NCBI GenBank assembly: GCA_937625935.1
Contig: OW569376.1
Location: 62,001 to 126,000, forward strand
Reading direction: 5' to 3'
Source: Tetramitus jugosus
Taxonomy: Eukaryota > Protista > Heterolobosea
Length of the DNA stretch: 64,000 bases
Shown: positions 36,101 to 45,178 of the stretch, one piece after another
Numbering within the stretch: position 1 is the first letter of the stretch
Layout of the letters: every line of letters begins with the position of its first letter
Notes under the pieces: model-generated
The model's database searches: none
Seen by the model: the letters and a program-made list of their open reading frames with translations, nothing else
What the model was told of the DNA's origin: nothing
Program-made: the position numbers and the translations under genes

Positions 36101-36580
36101 TACACTTCCAGTCCCAATGTCATTATACAACAAAGAAACATCAGGCAGGAAAGACTGGAGAATTTATTAGAGCAATGGGACACACTATCAGACGAATCTA
36201 TAGTAAGAGCAAGGATTTTACTATCCAATGCCCCATTCTCCTCAGAACCTCCCACTGATTGGCTTCAAAGAACTCCACATTCTGGAGGTATTCGAGAGTT
36301 GAGATGCCCCATGGATAAGTGTGAATCTCAGTCCGTATGGAGCGACATCGGGAAGGAGTATCTGTTGGAGCAAGACTGTAAATTGAGAGATCAAATTGTT
36401 GATTCCCGAACTTCCTTCAGTCAGCACATTCGGAATGTCCAGGCTAAAAAGCAAGAGAGGTTAACCGAAGCCACCAGGCTGGCGGAACAAGAGCGAATGC
36501 AACAGATAGCAGATAAGGAGGTCAGAAAGCGATCAAAATCCTCGACACCTAGCCGTTCAGGGTCCCGAAAGACAAAATAA
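33197..36580 (+). CDS. Androglobin-like protein (degenerate calpain domain, no evident globin)
   Basis: WERIWP..KYFVKLYYEWSERIIVVDDLIPHDENG..EYWPTILYKALLKL resembles the ADGB calpain-like region; later FQLINNDT, PNTFGYSLVA and LFRYEI match ADGB downstream motifs as recalled. Confidence 0.7.
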   Translation: MSRSNNTSKGRTKSSKINDPISFLSDYSDTIECEFPPWNQVVVEETIKNLELRKREEQIAALTGETSSTLKQKKEQAKGKSSINGNSTTDKTEELIGKMLEEPVPHIPFLDIAVWKSILVKRNPCLVRIPFSIHPYYDVIKLDSQAEITSHETLEKKKGETRTNRRESAIDTTSDMNAVEYDEETLISFQDDYTKYHQLPDIHSKGSWTDAFVSVLSYMSSYHSNFDLGCYLWERIWPKFEGSEILPSITPLCKYFVKLYYEWSERIIVVDDLIPHDENGRVVFPLTERNEYWPTILYKALLKLSRNNEYLMNDPLWLLSCLSGFYPQTSLINSTTPSKIESVLVRSNEIKKQFNILQKIHIDGKVASKVPTGSHQLMSQMICATRNQDSEAENKDLALGLSESAMYDIIGISSISGEGFIHLSSPHINFSGQYSYQQTEVWNAEFEELIGFCKQNRSMDPMKTDFWMSLSEFQSTFKYVHVFDNLNDYHHHVIIRKERLEDECWLFSDEDQEVMIQYSSASLLLPPSCNLESYNWKQETEFQQREELIFYSNNGLQKFFIPKGNEEHTLRMRMHDMNKDSALVFFSKSNFVVGRGNDVKIGKMKISTYRTEEEQCPSQKQDEFKLWFLKKLKVLDQPGFINILLSYESPERTIDNNSLQFQLINNDTLETIKSNDRRIMPLQLCPNTFGYSLVAYSHCPIDHLNRYHLEVTSDTSVGEIESIPPSSIFSAQLTGSYNINETNELFRYEIRTGDIATLTARVSVSHHIETIIEVSKIEEVVSSKVQSDSKSEIVARYTCDEGYVVLPLVLLEPTDKSKTRTYTLTARIDNSAAELIKEKRAMVIKKELESLHPSDIKAYHLERETSLELEEGTSKTPLKKKKGPQSREREATKRAVSSSKAKKNVGKREATIPSKLQQPEIITIEKVDKFVNDSDFCEKLSEFRVLTLEGVAPSLKQPNEDLSYSIELYTSSPNVIIQQRNIRQERLENLLEQWDTLSDESIVRARILLSNAPFSSEPPTDWLQRTPHSGGIRELRCPMDKCESQSVWSDIGKEYLLEQDCKLRDQIVDSRTSFSQHIRNVQAKKQERLTEATRLAEQERMQQIADKEVRKRSKSSTPSRSGSRKTK

Positions 36581-36995
36581 ATGTTTCTATTCCCGTTTTG
36601 TACCACTAAGAGCTGAAGGAGAAGCGTCCTGTTGTTCCTGTCCCGGAGCACTCCCTTAATCATCGATAAACTCCAAAAAGGCAGGTAGCTTTGCCGGTAG
36701 GGTCAGTTCCAGCTCTAATGTTGTTGCTAGACCTTTCGTGGAAAACCCGAATTTCCAACTTCACAACCAAGAAAGCATGCTCGTTCTTGACTTCTTCTTA
36801 CTATCGAATTACACTAACAGCATAACTTGTTCTCGAAACTACTGGTGTTTCTTCGCAGGAGGTATCATTCCCCGACGAGTTAAAAATACTTTGTTCGCGT
36901 CCGTTTATCCGTAATCTACGGTTGGAGGAATCTCGTTTTCTCCTTGTCCTCTCAATTTGGAATATCACAAACAGGACTTCTCAAAGGAATTAAAT

Positions 36996-37067
36996 CCGGC
37001 TGATCTGGGTTAGGGCATATGGGAGCGACATCTTGCTCATAATGGAACTTTTAACCCAGATCTCTGG
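36996..37067. other. Intergenic long hairpin
   Basis: GATCTGGGTTA (37002-37012) is the exact reverse complement of TAACCCAGATC (37052-37062); the inner TATG(G)GAGC/GCTCATA pairing extends the stem. Confidence 0.55.
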
Positions 37068-37267
37068 TCATCAAGGGAGAATACATCACCGGTCGAAAGT
37101 CTACGACACTACAGGAAATTCAGGCGTTTTAATCTGTGCGGATATTCCTGGCCCAGAGAACAACATAACAACACCAACACCTCGAAACACTTCATACAAG
37201 TAGTTTTCTTGCAGACAGTTCAACTATTGCAGGAATCGTGATTTAGAAAAGACATTCCAGCTCGACC

Positions 37268-38518
37268 ATGATGAGTACTATACCTCCAACCCCGTCCAGG
37301 CCAGTATACTTCAATGCCCTAACAAACAGGTTCACCGAATATGATTCCACTCAAGACCTTGCCCAATACTTTAATGACTTACTCCAGAACCCAGCAAACT
37401 GCATCATACTTGATGGCTTTGTCTTCAATGCGATTCACTTTTCCATCTGTCGCTCCATATTTGGATGCGAGAAGCAGAATCAAACAAGAATTAACACAGA
37501 GATCAAAACTTGTGCTGAATGTATCCTTTTCCTGTTGAGCATCTTGAAGAAGGAAGAGAAAGAGAAGAGAGAATGTTACATCCTACAGTATGTTTCTATC
37601 ATGCGCCAACAGATGCTAGCATGGGTAGATGGTAATTTGGATGCTCTTACAAATTTAGACCACTATTGCAGGTCTATAGGGTCCGATCATAATTTTAAGA
37701 GCGTACTAGATAGTTTGTCGTTAAGAATTAAGGGACTACGGTCGAGGAGAGCGTCGTCATCCATCCAAACAAAGCTTCTCAACTTTGGTACATCCCATCC
37801 GTTCATACTCGGGTTCCACGACACTATTGAACCTTTAATCATCCCACCAATCCAACCCATTCTTCAAGCAGCTCCATCTGTTACTTTTGTTTGGGTCGAT
37901 AGTAATACACCACCAGTCCGAAGTGGACGCAAGAGCAGAGTCAAAGAGAAGACTGTAGAATCGCAGAACAAACGAAAGAGACAATCCTGTCGGGTAACGA
38001 AAAAAGGACAGATTGTAGAACCTCCACATCAGAAACGATTCCACAAGAGGGATCCCAGTACTGCCTTCCAGGGACAATTCAACATAGAACCGACTCTTGA
38101 CAACAAGAAACAAAAAATTGATCGAGATGAGAAGAAATCCTCCTACAGTCCGATAGACTCCACTGGTTTTGCGAAGGAACTATCACCGACTACGAATACA
38201 ACTCTCCTGGATCAAGGTGTCTTGTTTAGTAACCAAAACAGTAGTAATAGTGACACAAATCTGGGAATAGGGATCTCGAACCTCATTAATCCTGAGGACC
38301 ATGAGGAGTTTGCTGCGACTACTTCAGATCCTATTGTTAACAGTTGGCCATCTGAGGATCTATTGGAATCTCTTTCATCGGACCACTTTCTCTCATTGAT
38401 GGGTCCAGCCATCGAAGAATCTCCATTGTTTCCATCATTATCAACTGATAATAATGTTCTGAGAACGGATGACATTGAAACGAATTATGACTTTTTGGAA
38501 GGATACTTGTTAAACTAA
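37268..38518 (+). CDS. Hypothetical protein, possibly nuclear (helical Cys-containing N-terminus, basic middle, acidic tail)
   Basis: 416-aa ORF with NLS-like KRKRQ and an acidic/hydrophobic C-terminus; no family recognised. Confidence 0.65.
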   Translation: MMSTIPPTPSRPVYFNALTNRFTEYDSTQDLAQYFNDLLQNPANCIILDGFVFNAIHFSICRSIFGCEKQNQTRINTEIKTCAECILFLLSILKKEEKEKRECYILQYVSIMRQQMLAWVDGNLDALTNLDHYCRSIGSDHNFKSVLDSLSLRIKGLRSRRASSSIQTKLLNFGTSHPFILGFHDTIEPLIIPPIQPILQAAPSVTFVWVDSNTPPVRSGRKSRVKEKTVESQNKRKRQSCRVTKKGQIVEPPHQKRFHKRDPSTAFQGQFNIEPTLDNKKQKIDRDEKKSSYSPIDSTGFAKELSPTTNTTLLDQGVLFSNQNSSNSDTNLGIGISNLINPEDHEEFAATTSDPIVNSWPSEDLLESLSSDHFLSLMGPAIEESPLFPSLSTDNNVLRTDDIETNYDFLEGYLLN

Positions 38519-38786
38519 GTGCTAACAATTGTATAGTGATTAATAATCAAATCAGAATAAACTCTCTATGTCGAATACCCCGGACAAAGAGTAGTTCCAG
38601 AGACATCCACCTTTATTCCCAACATGGAATGAATCTGTGTTCCAGATAGCTGGTGTCCAGATTTATGATGGACATGGAACTAAGAATAGGGCAACAAGTG
38701 TATTCGAAATCTATCGCTCAGATGAATGGTAGTACCCTTTTCTGAACTCATTCAATGACTTGGTGGTAATACAACGTTTTATTGGG

Positions 38787-41700
38787 TCACTCCATGTTGT
38801 TACAGAGCATGTTATAGAGCAGTTGCATCTGAATTTCCATTCTATTCCAAGCTGAATGACCAGTGTATCCTGGGAAAGGAAATTCATCTGGTCTCCAAAT
38901 TCCAAGTGAGAACCCATCTAGTACCTTGGCACCGATAGCAGTCAATTTTTGGATTGCATAAGGGTTCAAGAACATAGATTGAGTGTGGAAGTTCGGAGTG
39001 AACCACACCACCTTAATACCTTGGTCAATAAATCTCTCCTTGATTACGATCGCCAATTTATCAATGTTCTCCTCCCATCTAGACATCAAACTGCTTCTGC
39101 TATCCCAATTTCCAGCTGATACAACGATGAGTTTGACGCCATGAGCGCTAGGATCTTTGAATTGTTTCCATCTATCGAGAGTTGTGAATGCATCACTTCC
39201 ATTCTCAACCGAATCCAATCCATTGATGAACATGAATCGAATCAAAGCTCCTTCTTCCTTTTGTGAATAGAATGATTTAAAGACAGGTTCTGGATCTGAG
39301 GTCTGTTCCTTGAGACCAACCCAAACTTTTCTTTCAACATGAAACCTAAAAAGACCTCCGTAACGTCCTCCCGCAATCGCACATGATGCGCTTTTGCCCT
39401 TGCAAGGATTCTTTTCACCATGGAGTAATAAAGTCATGAGTCGTCTTGAGTTGGAATCTCCAAACCATAAGATGTGATCCCAATGCTTCGCCAAACATTT
39501 CCTTGCTTCGCTCAAGGAGTACATCTTCAGTAAGTATTTGTTATGGATGAATACTTGGTTTCTATCAACGAATCCATTTGACCAATTTCTGAAAGTAGTC
39601 TGTTGCATCACTGAATTCAAATCGGATAGTTGCTCTTGTTGAGCATATGAATCAAGCGCATACTTTTGGTTCACATATCGTCCATCAAGCACATACGTCT
39701 CATTAGAAGGAGCATGAAGGATATTGGGAAAGAGAGGTCTCTTGTGCATCGTTCTCATGATTTCTGAGTCAGATTGAAAAACTGTGAATTGGTTCCCTGT
39801 GAAAACAGTACTCGATTGATTCACATTAATATCTCGAGGTAATGCCGCACTCCTTGATTGTTGAGCAACTCCAACATCCAGCATGTACTGACCTGCTTCA
39901 AACACTTGAAATCCTGCACAAAAACAATCTGTTCCACAAGGTGTAAAGAGAAAACCAATATCAGCAAAATCAGATCTTGCCCTCCCATACAACACTGTTA
40001 CCGTTTCAGAAGGCTTTAGCTTACCCAAGAAGGTTGCACCACCTTTGATACACAATGTAACATTCGATCCAGAATCAACTCCACTTGTCCAATCAATGTT
40101 TGAGAGATAGAGGGAGAGAGGTTGGGGAGGAAGTGAAGAACACCTGGCTATGATATCCTCTTCTGTCAAGGGAACAATTAAAGGCTCCGACGATTTCGCC
40201 ACAGAATTGATAGATTGAAGCTGCATACTATGCAATGCATAACCAAATATCACCAATGATACTAGCGTACATGAGACACCCACAACTAACTTTACCATTT
40301 TCAACACCCTTTTAGAGTCCTGGATGTCTTGTGCTGGGTCTTTGGCAATAAATTTAGAATACGCTTCTCTAAACTTGACTTGTTTCACACCTCTGGACCA
40401 CAAACACAAACTCATGTTCAACAATCCAGAATAATTGTCGAACAATAGTATTGATCCGAGTGAGAAACAAACTGAAAATACTCCCCAGAGCATACTCCCT
40501 CCAACATAGCCGACCTTCTTACTTCCTTTTTCATCCAGTTGGAACAGATATCTGAAGAGTGAGAGTGAAATGAAGGCTGATGAGACAATCACCAAGCAAA
40601 TCAGTGAAATGTTGAAAATTCGGTCGTATGACGATATCCAATGCTCATGTTTCTTCCCTATCAGAAAGATGAAGAGTAGTACCAAAGCTAGCACAATGGA
40701 ACAAGTGAGTACCAATGATCCCATCAGAGGAGCACTCGTTGTGACTTCAATCAGTGATAACATTTTTGTAACTAAATACAGAGAAGAGAAGACGAAGACA
40801 ATCACCTTGAATCTTGTCCAAATCTGTTGATCAGTGTGCTCCTCCGAAGCAAATGCATCCCTCAAGTCCATGGTTAAGTTGAATAACAACTTGGAGCAAA
40901 AGATAAACAATACAGATACCACTAACATATTCAATACTGGATGTCCAGGTATTAGAACGAACAACTTCTTGGCATTCGCTGCCAAAAACAGATGATGTTG
41001 CAACAAGTATGTCTCCAGTGTCATCTTTCCAAAGTGACGGAATGCTGCGCTGTATCGATTCCTGAGTAATGCGCTATAGTTTCTGATTAGAATGTAGGCA
41101 ATGATGGGAATGCAAGTAAAATATGGATGTAAAGAGTTGTAAACCAACTTGTCTTTCGGTAGATGCATAATATACCATGCCCATGCAAGAAATAGAGTAA
41201 AAACTGAACCCAAAATCACTCTCTTGTATACTTTTTGTCCTGGTTGCTGTTCTGTCTTCTGTAACCAATTGACCATCATCGGAAAGTTGAGTGCAAAGAT
41301 CATTCCAAACAGTGCAGAGTAGTGATCCAGATAGGTTCGAAAATAAAACTCGTGTGCATCTCTGCTGAGAGGTATCAAACCAAACAAAGTCAACATGTTC
41401 TTCATAACACCGGGGACATCCCATATGACGAAAATGATGAGAGCCAACAGGAAAATCTTCAACCGAGGGAACCACTTGGTTCTATTGTACTTGTGCTGAA
41501 CAAACATTGTCGCATAAACAACTAAAAAGTATACTGTGTGCAATGGAACAATGTAATACAGCATGGGAGAATTATTGACTGTCAAACAGAGAAAGAGAGC
41601 AGAGAAATTCAGTCTCCACATGAGTCTCCACACTCTTGCAATCGAATAATCCTTCTTAACAAAAAAGAATGAAAAGTTTCCAAATCCAGTCATCCACACA

Positions 41701-42374
41701 TAACACGAAACCAGAACACGAACAAAATCATAGGCTTCCTCTGCCTTCGTATAGTGATAAATGATGAAAATGTACTGCATCCATCCTTTCCACTCCTCTG
41801 TTTGATCTCTGTTGAGCAACAAGTTGCATTCCAGTTCTTCTTTCCTCTCTGCTTCCTCACCATCCTTAATCTTGACAATGGTCACCAAACCCAGCACAAA
41901 GAACACAACAATCAGAATGACAAAGTTGGATCTGTGATACTCCTTGATGGCATGATCAAAAATGGGCTTTTTCTCAGCAAACCACACCACCAATAGCAAA
42001 GCACCCAAAGCAATTAGTCTCCTTGAAATAAATAGTAATTGTTCAACAAAAGTTTGCTTCATCTTTTTATCCTCTTGACGTTGGTTAAGAGATTCCTCAG
42101 TCTTGGACAATTCACTTGTTGTTTCTCTGTTGATATCCTCAGTATCAATCAACTCTTGTTCATCATCACAATCAGCATCAATAGAACCAATGATTGGTTC
42201 ATTGTTCCGTAGCAAAGTATAAGAGCTCTCCTTGTTGCTGCTGTTTTTGTTCTTGTTGTCATTCCGTTGAAAAGAAAACTTCCTTTGGACGAGTTGATAA
42301 GCTTCTAATGCAATCCATAAGAATCCATTGGTGCAAAAGAGAAGTGATAATAGCACTTGACCGTTAGTGAACAT
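38787..42374 (-). CDS. Cas1p/RWA-family multi-TM O-acetyltransferase fused to a C-terminal SGNH/PC-esterase domain (copy 1)
   Basis: LNRDQTEEWKGWMQ, RVLVSCYVWMTGFGNF, WRLNF, MLYYIVPLHT, FRTYLDHY, GKMTLETYLLQHH; C-terminal LWFGDSNSRR, SAGNWD, VVWFTP and TGH. Confidence 0.9.
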   Translation of the reverse strand: MFTNGQVLLSLLFCTNGFLWIALEAYQLVQRKFSFQRNDNKNKNSSNKESSYTLLRNNEPIIGSIDADCDDEQELIDTEDINRETTSELSKTEESLNQRQEDKKMKQTFVEQLLFISRRLIALGALLLVVWFAEKKPIFDHAIKEYHRSNFVILIVVFFVLGLVTIVKIKDGEEAERKEELECNLLLNRDQTEEWKGWMQYIFIIYHYTKAEEAYDFVRVLVSCYVWMTGFGNFSFFFVKKDYSIARVWRLMWRLNFSALFLCLTVNNSPMLYYIVPLHTVYFLVVYATMFVQHKYNRTKWFPRLKIFLLALIIFVIWDVPGVMKNMLTLFGLIPLSRDAHEFYFRTYLDHYSALFGMIFALNFPMMVNWLQKTEQQPGQKVYKRVILGSVFTLFLAWAWYIMHLPKDKLVYNSLHPYFTCIPIIAYILIRNYSALLRNRYSAAFRHFGKMTLETYLLQHHLFLAANAKKLFVLIPGHPVLNMLVVSVLFIFCSKLLFNLTMDLRDAFASEEHTDQQIWTRFKVIVFVFSSLYLVTKMLSLIEVTTSAPLMGSLVLTCSIVLALVLLFIFLIGKKHEHWISSYDRIFNISLICLVIVSSAFISLSLFRYLFQLDEKGSKKVGYVGGSMLWGVFSVCFSLGSILLFDNYSGLLNMSLCLWSRGVKQVKFREAYSKFIAKDPAQDIQDSKRVLKMVKLVVGVSCTLVSLVIFGYALHSMQLQSINSVAKSSEPLIVPLTEEDIIARCSSLPPQPLSLYLSNIDWTSGVDSGSNVTLCIKGGATFLGKLKPSETVTVLYGRARSDFADIGFLFTPCGTDCFCAGFQVFEAGQYMLDVGVAQQSRSAALPRDINVNQSSTVFTGNQFTVFQSDSEIMRTMHKRPLFPNILHAPSNETYVLDGRYVNQKYALDSYAQQEQLSDLNSVMQQTTFRNWSNGFVDRNQVFIHNKYLLKMYSLSEARKCLAKHWDHILWFGDSNSRRLMTLLLHGEKNPCKGKSASCAIAGGRYGGLFRFHVERKVWVGLKEQTSDPEPVFKSFYSQKEEGALIRFMFINGLDSVENGSDAFTTLDRWKQFKDPSAHGVKLIVVSAGNWDSRSSLMSRWEENIDKLAIVIKERFIDQGIKVVWFTPNFHTQSMFLNPYAIQKLTAIGAKVLDGFSLGIWRPDEFPFPGYTGHSAWNRMEIQMQLLYNMLCNNME
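39163..42374 (-). repeat. Arm of a >=3.2 kb inverted duplication whose partner is 60758-64000
   Basis: Direct comparison shows long near-identical runs. The shadow ORFs 41074-41475 / 61690-62091 and 41690-41878 / 61287-61475 are also near-identical. Confidence 0.95.
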
Positions 42375-42926
42375 TGAAACAATTGTTTTGCTTTGAGTGT
42401 TGCTTGTTGTTATTGGTCCGCCAATCCGATAAGCATGCGTTCAAAGTAAAAGACATTCGTATGTCGATCGACCGTTCAATTTTCTGTTGTCGATCGCGCC
42501 TTGGGTAGCGATGTTTCGATTATCGGTTCCAATGTGGATCGGTGTTGTTCGGGTTTTTGTAACTGAGGAGATTCTTGTCATTCAACCGTTGAATGCAATG
42601 TACAGTTGAAACAGTAGCTGCCCTAACCTGTTTCTGAATGATTGCTCTCTATTGCTGTCACTATTAAACAACTAGTGTTGCTTCTCCCGTCATTAATAGA
42701 CAGAAGAATAACACACAAAGATGACAACTTAATGAGGGAACGAGAGGATTGCGATGATGGCGGTCGTGTGAGTTGTACCTGTTGAGTTGTGTGTGTGTGT
42801 TTTAAGGTTGTGAATTGTCGTGTTGGAAAAGTGAGTTGGCAAGGTCCAATCTGAGTTAGAATAGTCAACACCTCTTCACACCCGAACCGATTGACGAATC
42901 GGACAAATTTCGGAAGCAGTTTAACT

Positions 42927-45053
42927 TTATTTGGTCTTCTGTTTCTCTTCGTATTCCATTTTCTTGATGGCACGCTTGCTCAATTTCTTTGGAGCCTCGT
43001 CTTTGACGACGTCTCTCGATCTGCGAGAGATCTTCTTGAATTTGTACTGGTGCTGCTTACTCTCCTGCATGTCATTGAAATTATAGTGACTCAAATGACT
43101 TCTGGACAATCCAATTCCTTGACCAAATGGAAGAGGAATGAAAACTCGGGACTTCATACCAGGCAATCGTTGCAAACCAATTCTAAAGTCATTCTTCTCC
43201 ATTCGCAAAACAAACACTCCCAATTCTCGTAACTCCAGATCCTTTTGAACAAATTCATTCAATTCTTTCTGAGCAGACACAATTGCGGATGGATCTGAAA
43301 TGGGGTTCACGAGCTCCATTGTCCCACGTGGTTGCTTTGCTTGATAGATCTTCAACAATGGATCCTCTACCTTCTCAGCTAAAAACAAAATGGATCGAGG
43401 GATGTTGCGAGCTCTTTGCTGGTAGACTGCAAAACTCTCAGGAGCCGCGTATTGTACCACGAAACTCACATCTGAAAACTTCCAATCTTGTGTGGCTACA
43501 TCCGTGCAAACTAACACTCCCTTCTTCAAGTTCATAAATTGGAGGTAATTTCGTGTTCGAATGCTTTGTGTTAAATCACTATGAGACTCCACAACTTCTA
43601 ACCCTGGTATTAAATAATCTAAAGCAATACTATAGTACTGAGCTGATCTCTTGTTGGAAACGAAAACAACAATCTTTTGGTCCATATTTTCGCGCAAGAG
43701 TTGAATCAGTGTTGCCAGTTTCGACTCCAACTTGACCATGAAATACTCTTGTGCTTGCTTGTCCAAGACAACCGTATTCTGCTGCTTGACATGACTCAGT
43801 GGGAAATGAGTCAATACAATGTCAAAGATCTTATTCATTTGTTTCGAGTCAGCACATGACGCACTCGTAAAGATTGTCTGGTACTTTTTGACTCCACTTT
43901 GAACCACTTCGATAAATGTAGCCAATGAAGGCAACCAATTATCGTCCCTCCATTCATCTACATCGACCATGACCATGTATCGAATCGATTTTAGTACGGA
44001 TGATGCAGATGAAGACGCTTCGGACAAGCCATCCGGTGTGCCAATCACAATCTGAGCAGAAGAATCCCACTCGGTTCCTTGTTGACTCTCCAAACAGAGT
44101 GAAATATTCAAATTGGCAGTCGTCAGTGAGGAACAAATGCGTTGCATGCGCTCTGACAATTCAATCGCTTCAGATTCACTCGATAGAACAATCACAGACT
44201 GGTATTGCTTCGAAACGGTACTTATTGCACTTTGAATCAACGGAACCAAGAAGCACAATGTTCTCTCTGACTTTTCCCTTGATTCGACCATGATATCCCT
44301 TCGTGAAACATTGTCATTCTTCTTTCCTTCTGTTGTTGTGGTCAGAGGAGGACACAACACGGAAAGACACTGTTTCAAAATGGGTTGATCTTGAAGAACA
44401 TTTGGCTTTTTAAACGATGTCACTTGTTCATTCACCATGTTGTTACTATCGAGTGCCTGAATCAAATCATGACTCAAATAATAATTGAAACAATTTTCAT
44501 TTTTCACTTCTTCTTCTTCTGTTTCTTCTTCATTGTCTTTACTATCAGACAAACCCAAATTTTCATCATCATCACTTGACTCTGAATGATTCATCGTCAC
44601 ATCATTTTCATCATCATTTTCTGTATCTTTAGCCTTAGGTAACACCTGATGATCATCTTCATCAGAACTATAGACACTCTCCAAATCACTATCACTATCA
44701 TTATTATTATACTGATCAAAATCTTCGTCATCACTATCGATAAACAATTGTTCATCCAATGATTTTTGATGATGACGATCAATTGTTGTTTTTGTTGTCT
44801 TCTTCTTCTTGTTATTGTTGTTACTCTTGTTGTCTTCTTCTTGTCTTGGTCTCTTTAGTGATTTCACACCATTACTATTGTTCTTGTTGTTATTATCATT
44901 GTTCTTTCTGCTCTTGTTGGGAACATGTTTCTTCTTATCAAAGTGATTCTTCTTCTTGTTGCCCTTGTTGCTGGCGATTATGGAGTGTGTGTTGCCACTC
45001 TTCTTTGATGAACCACCCTTTTTGTGAGTAAAATTTTTTTTTCGTTGCTGCAT
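42927..45053 (-). CDS. DEAD-box helicase-like protein (Has1/DDX18-like) with degenerate catalytic motifs
   Basis: RTLCFLVPL, IVIGTPDGL, KIVVFVS and GVLVCTDVA..VVQYAAP recognisable; Walker A, DEAD and motif VI altered; Lys-rich and acidic N-terminus. Confidence 0.8.
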   Translation of the reverse strand: MQQRKKNFTHKKGGSSKKSGNTHSIIASNKGNKKKNHFDKKKHVPNKSRKNNDNNNKNNSNGVKSLKRPRQEEDNKSNNNNKKKKTTKTTIDRHHQKSLDEQLFIDSDDEDFDQYNNNDSDSDLESVYSSDEDDHQVLPKAKDTENDDENDVTMNHSESSDDDENLGLSDSKDNEEETEEEEVKNENCFNYYLSHDLIQALDSNNMVNEQVTSFKKPNVLQDQPILKQCLSVLCPPLTTTTEGKKNDNVSRRDIMVESREKSERTLCFLVPLIQSAISTVSKQYQSVIVLSSESEAIELSERMQRICSSLTTANLNISLCLESQQGTEWDSSAQIVIGTPDGLSEASSSASSVLKSIRYMVMVDVDEWRDDNWLPSLATFIEVVQSGVKKYQTIFTSASCADSKQMNKIFDIVLTHFPLSHVKQQNTVVLDKQAQEYFMVKLESKLATLIQLLRENMDQKIVVFVSNKRSAQYYSIALDYLIPGLEVVESHSDLTQSIRTRNYLQFMNLKKGVLVCTDVATQDWKFSDVSFVVQYAAPESFAVYQQRARNIPRSILFLAEKVEDPLLKIYQAKQPRGTMELVNPISDPSAIVSAQKELNEFVQKDLELRELGVFVLRMEKNDFRIGLQRLPGMKSRVFIPLPFGQGIGLSRSHLSHYNFNDMQESKQHQYKFKKISRRSRDVVKDEAPKKLSKRAIKKMEYEEKQKTK

Positions 45054-45178
45054 TTTCTGTCTCTTGTTTTTTTGTTGTTGTTTTGATGTTTGTTGCTCTT
45101 GTTGTTGAAGGTGCCTGAAGTTCGTGTGAAATCTTGAAAGTGAAACTCCGAAAAAAAGCAAAGTGCAATTCAATAGGT

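Noticed and set aside
38625-38685. Possible SECIS-like hairpin (ATGA..ATCTG/CAGAT) between convergent genes
   Set aside because: The non-canonical quartet and apical AA spacing do not fit, and neither flanking gene shows an in-frame TGA requiring readthrough.
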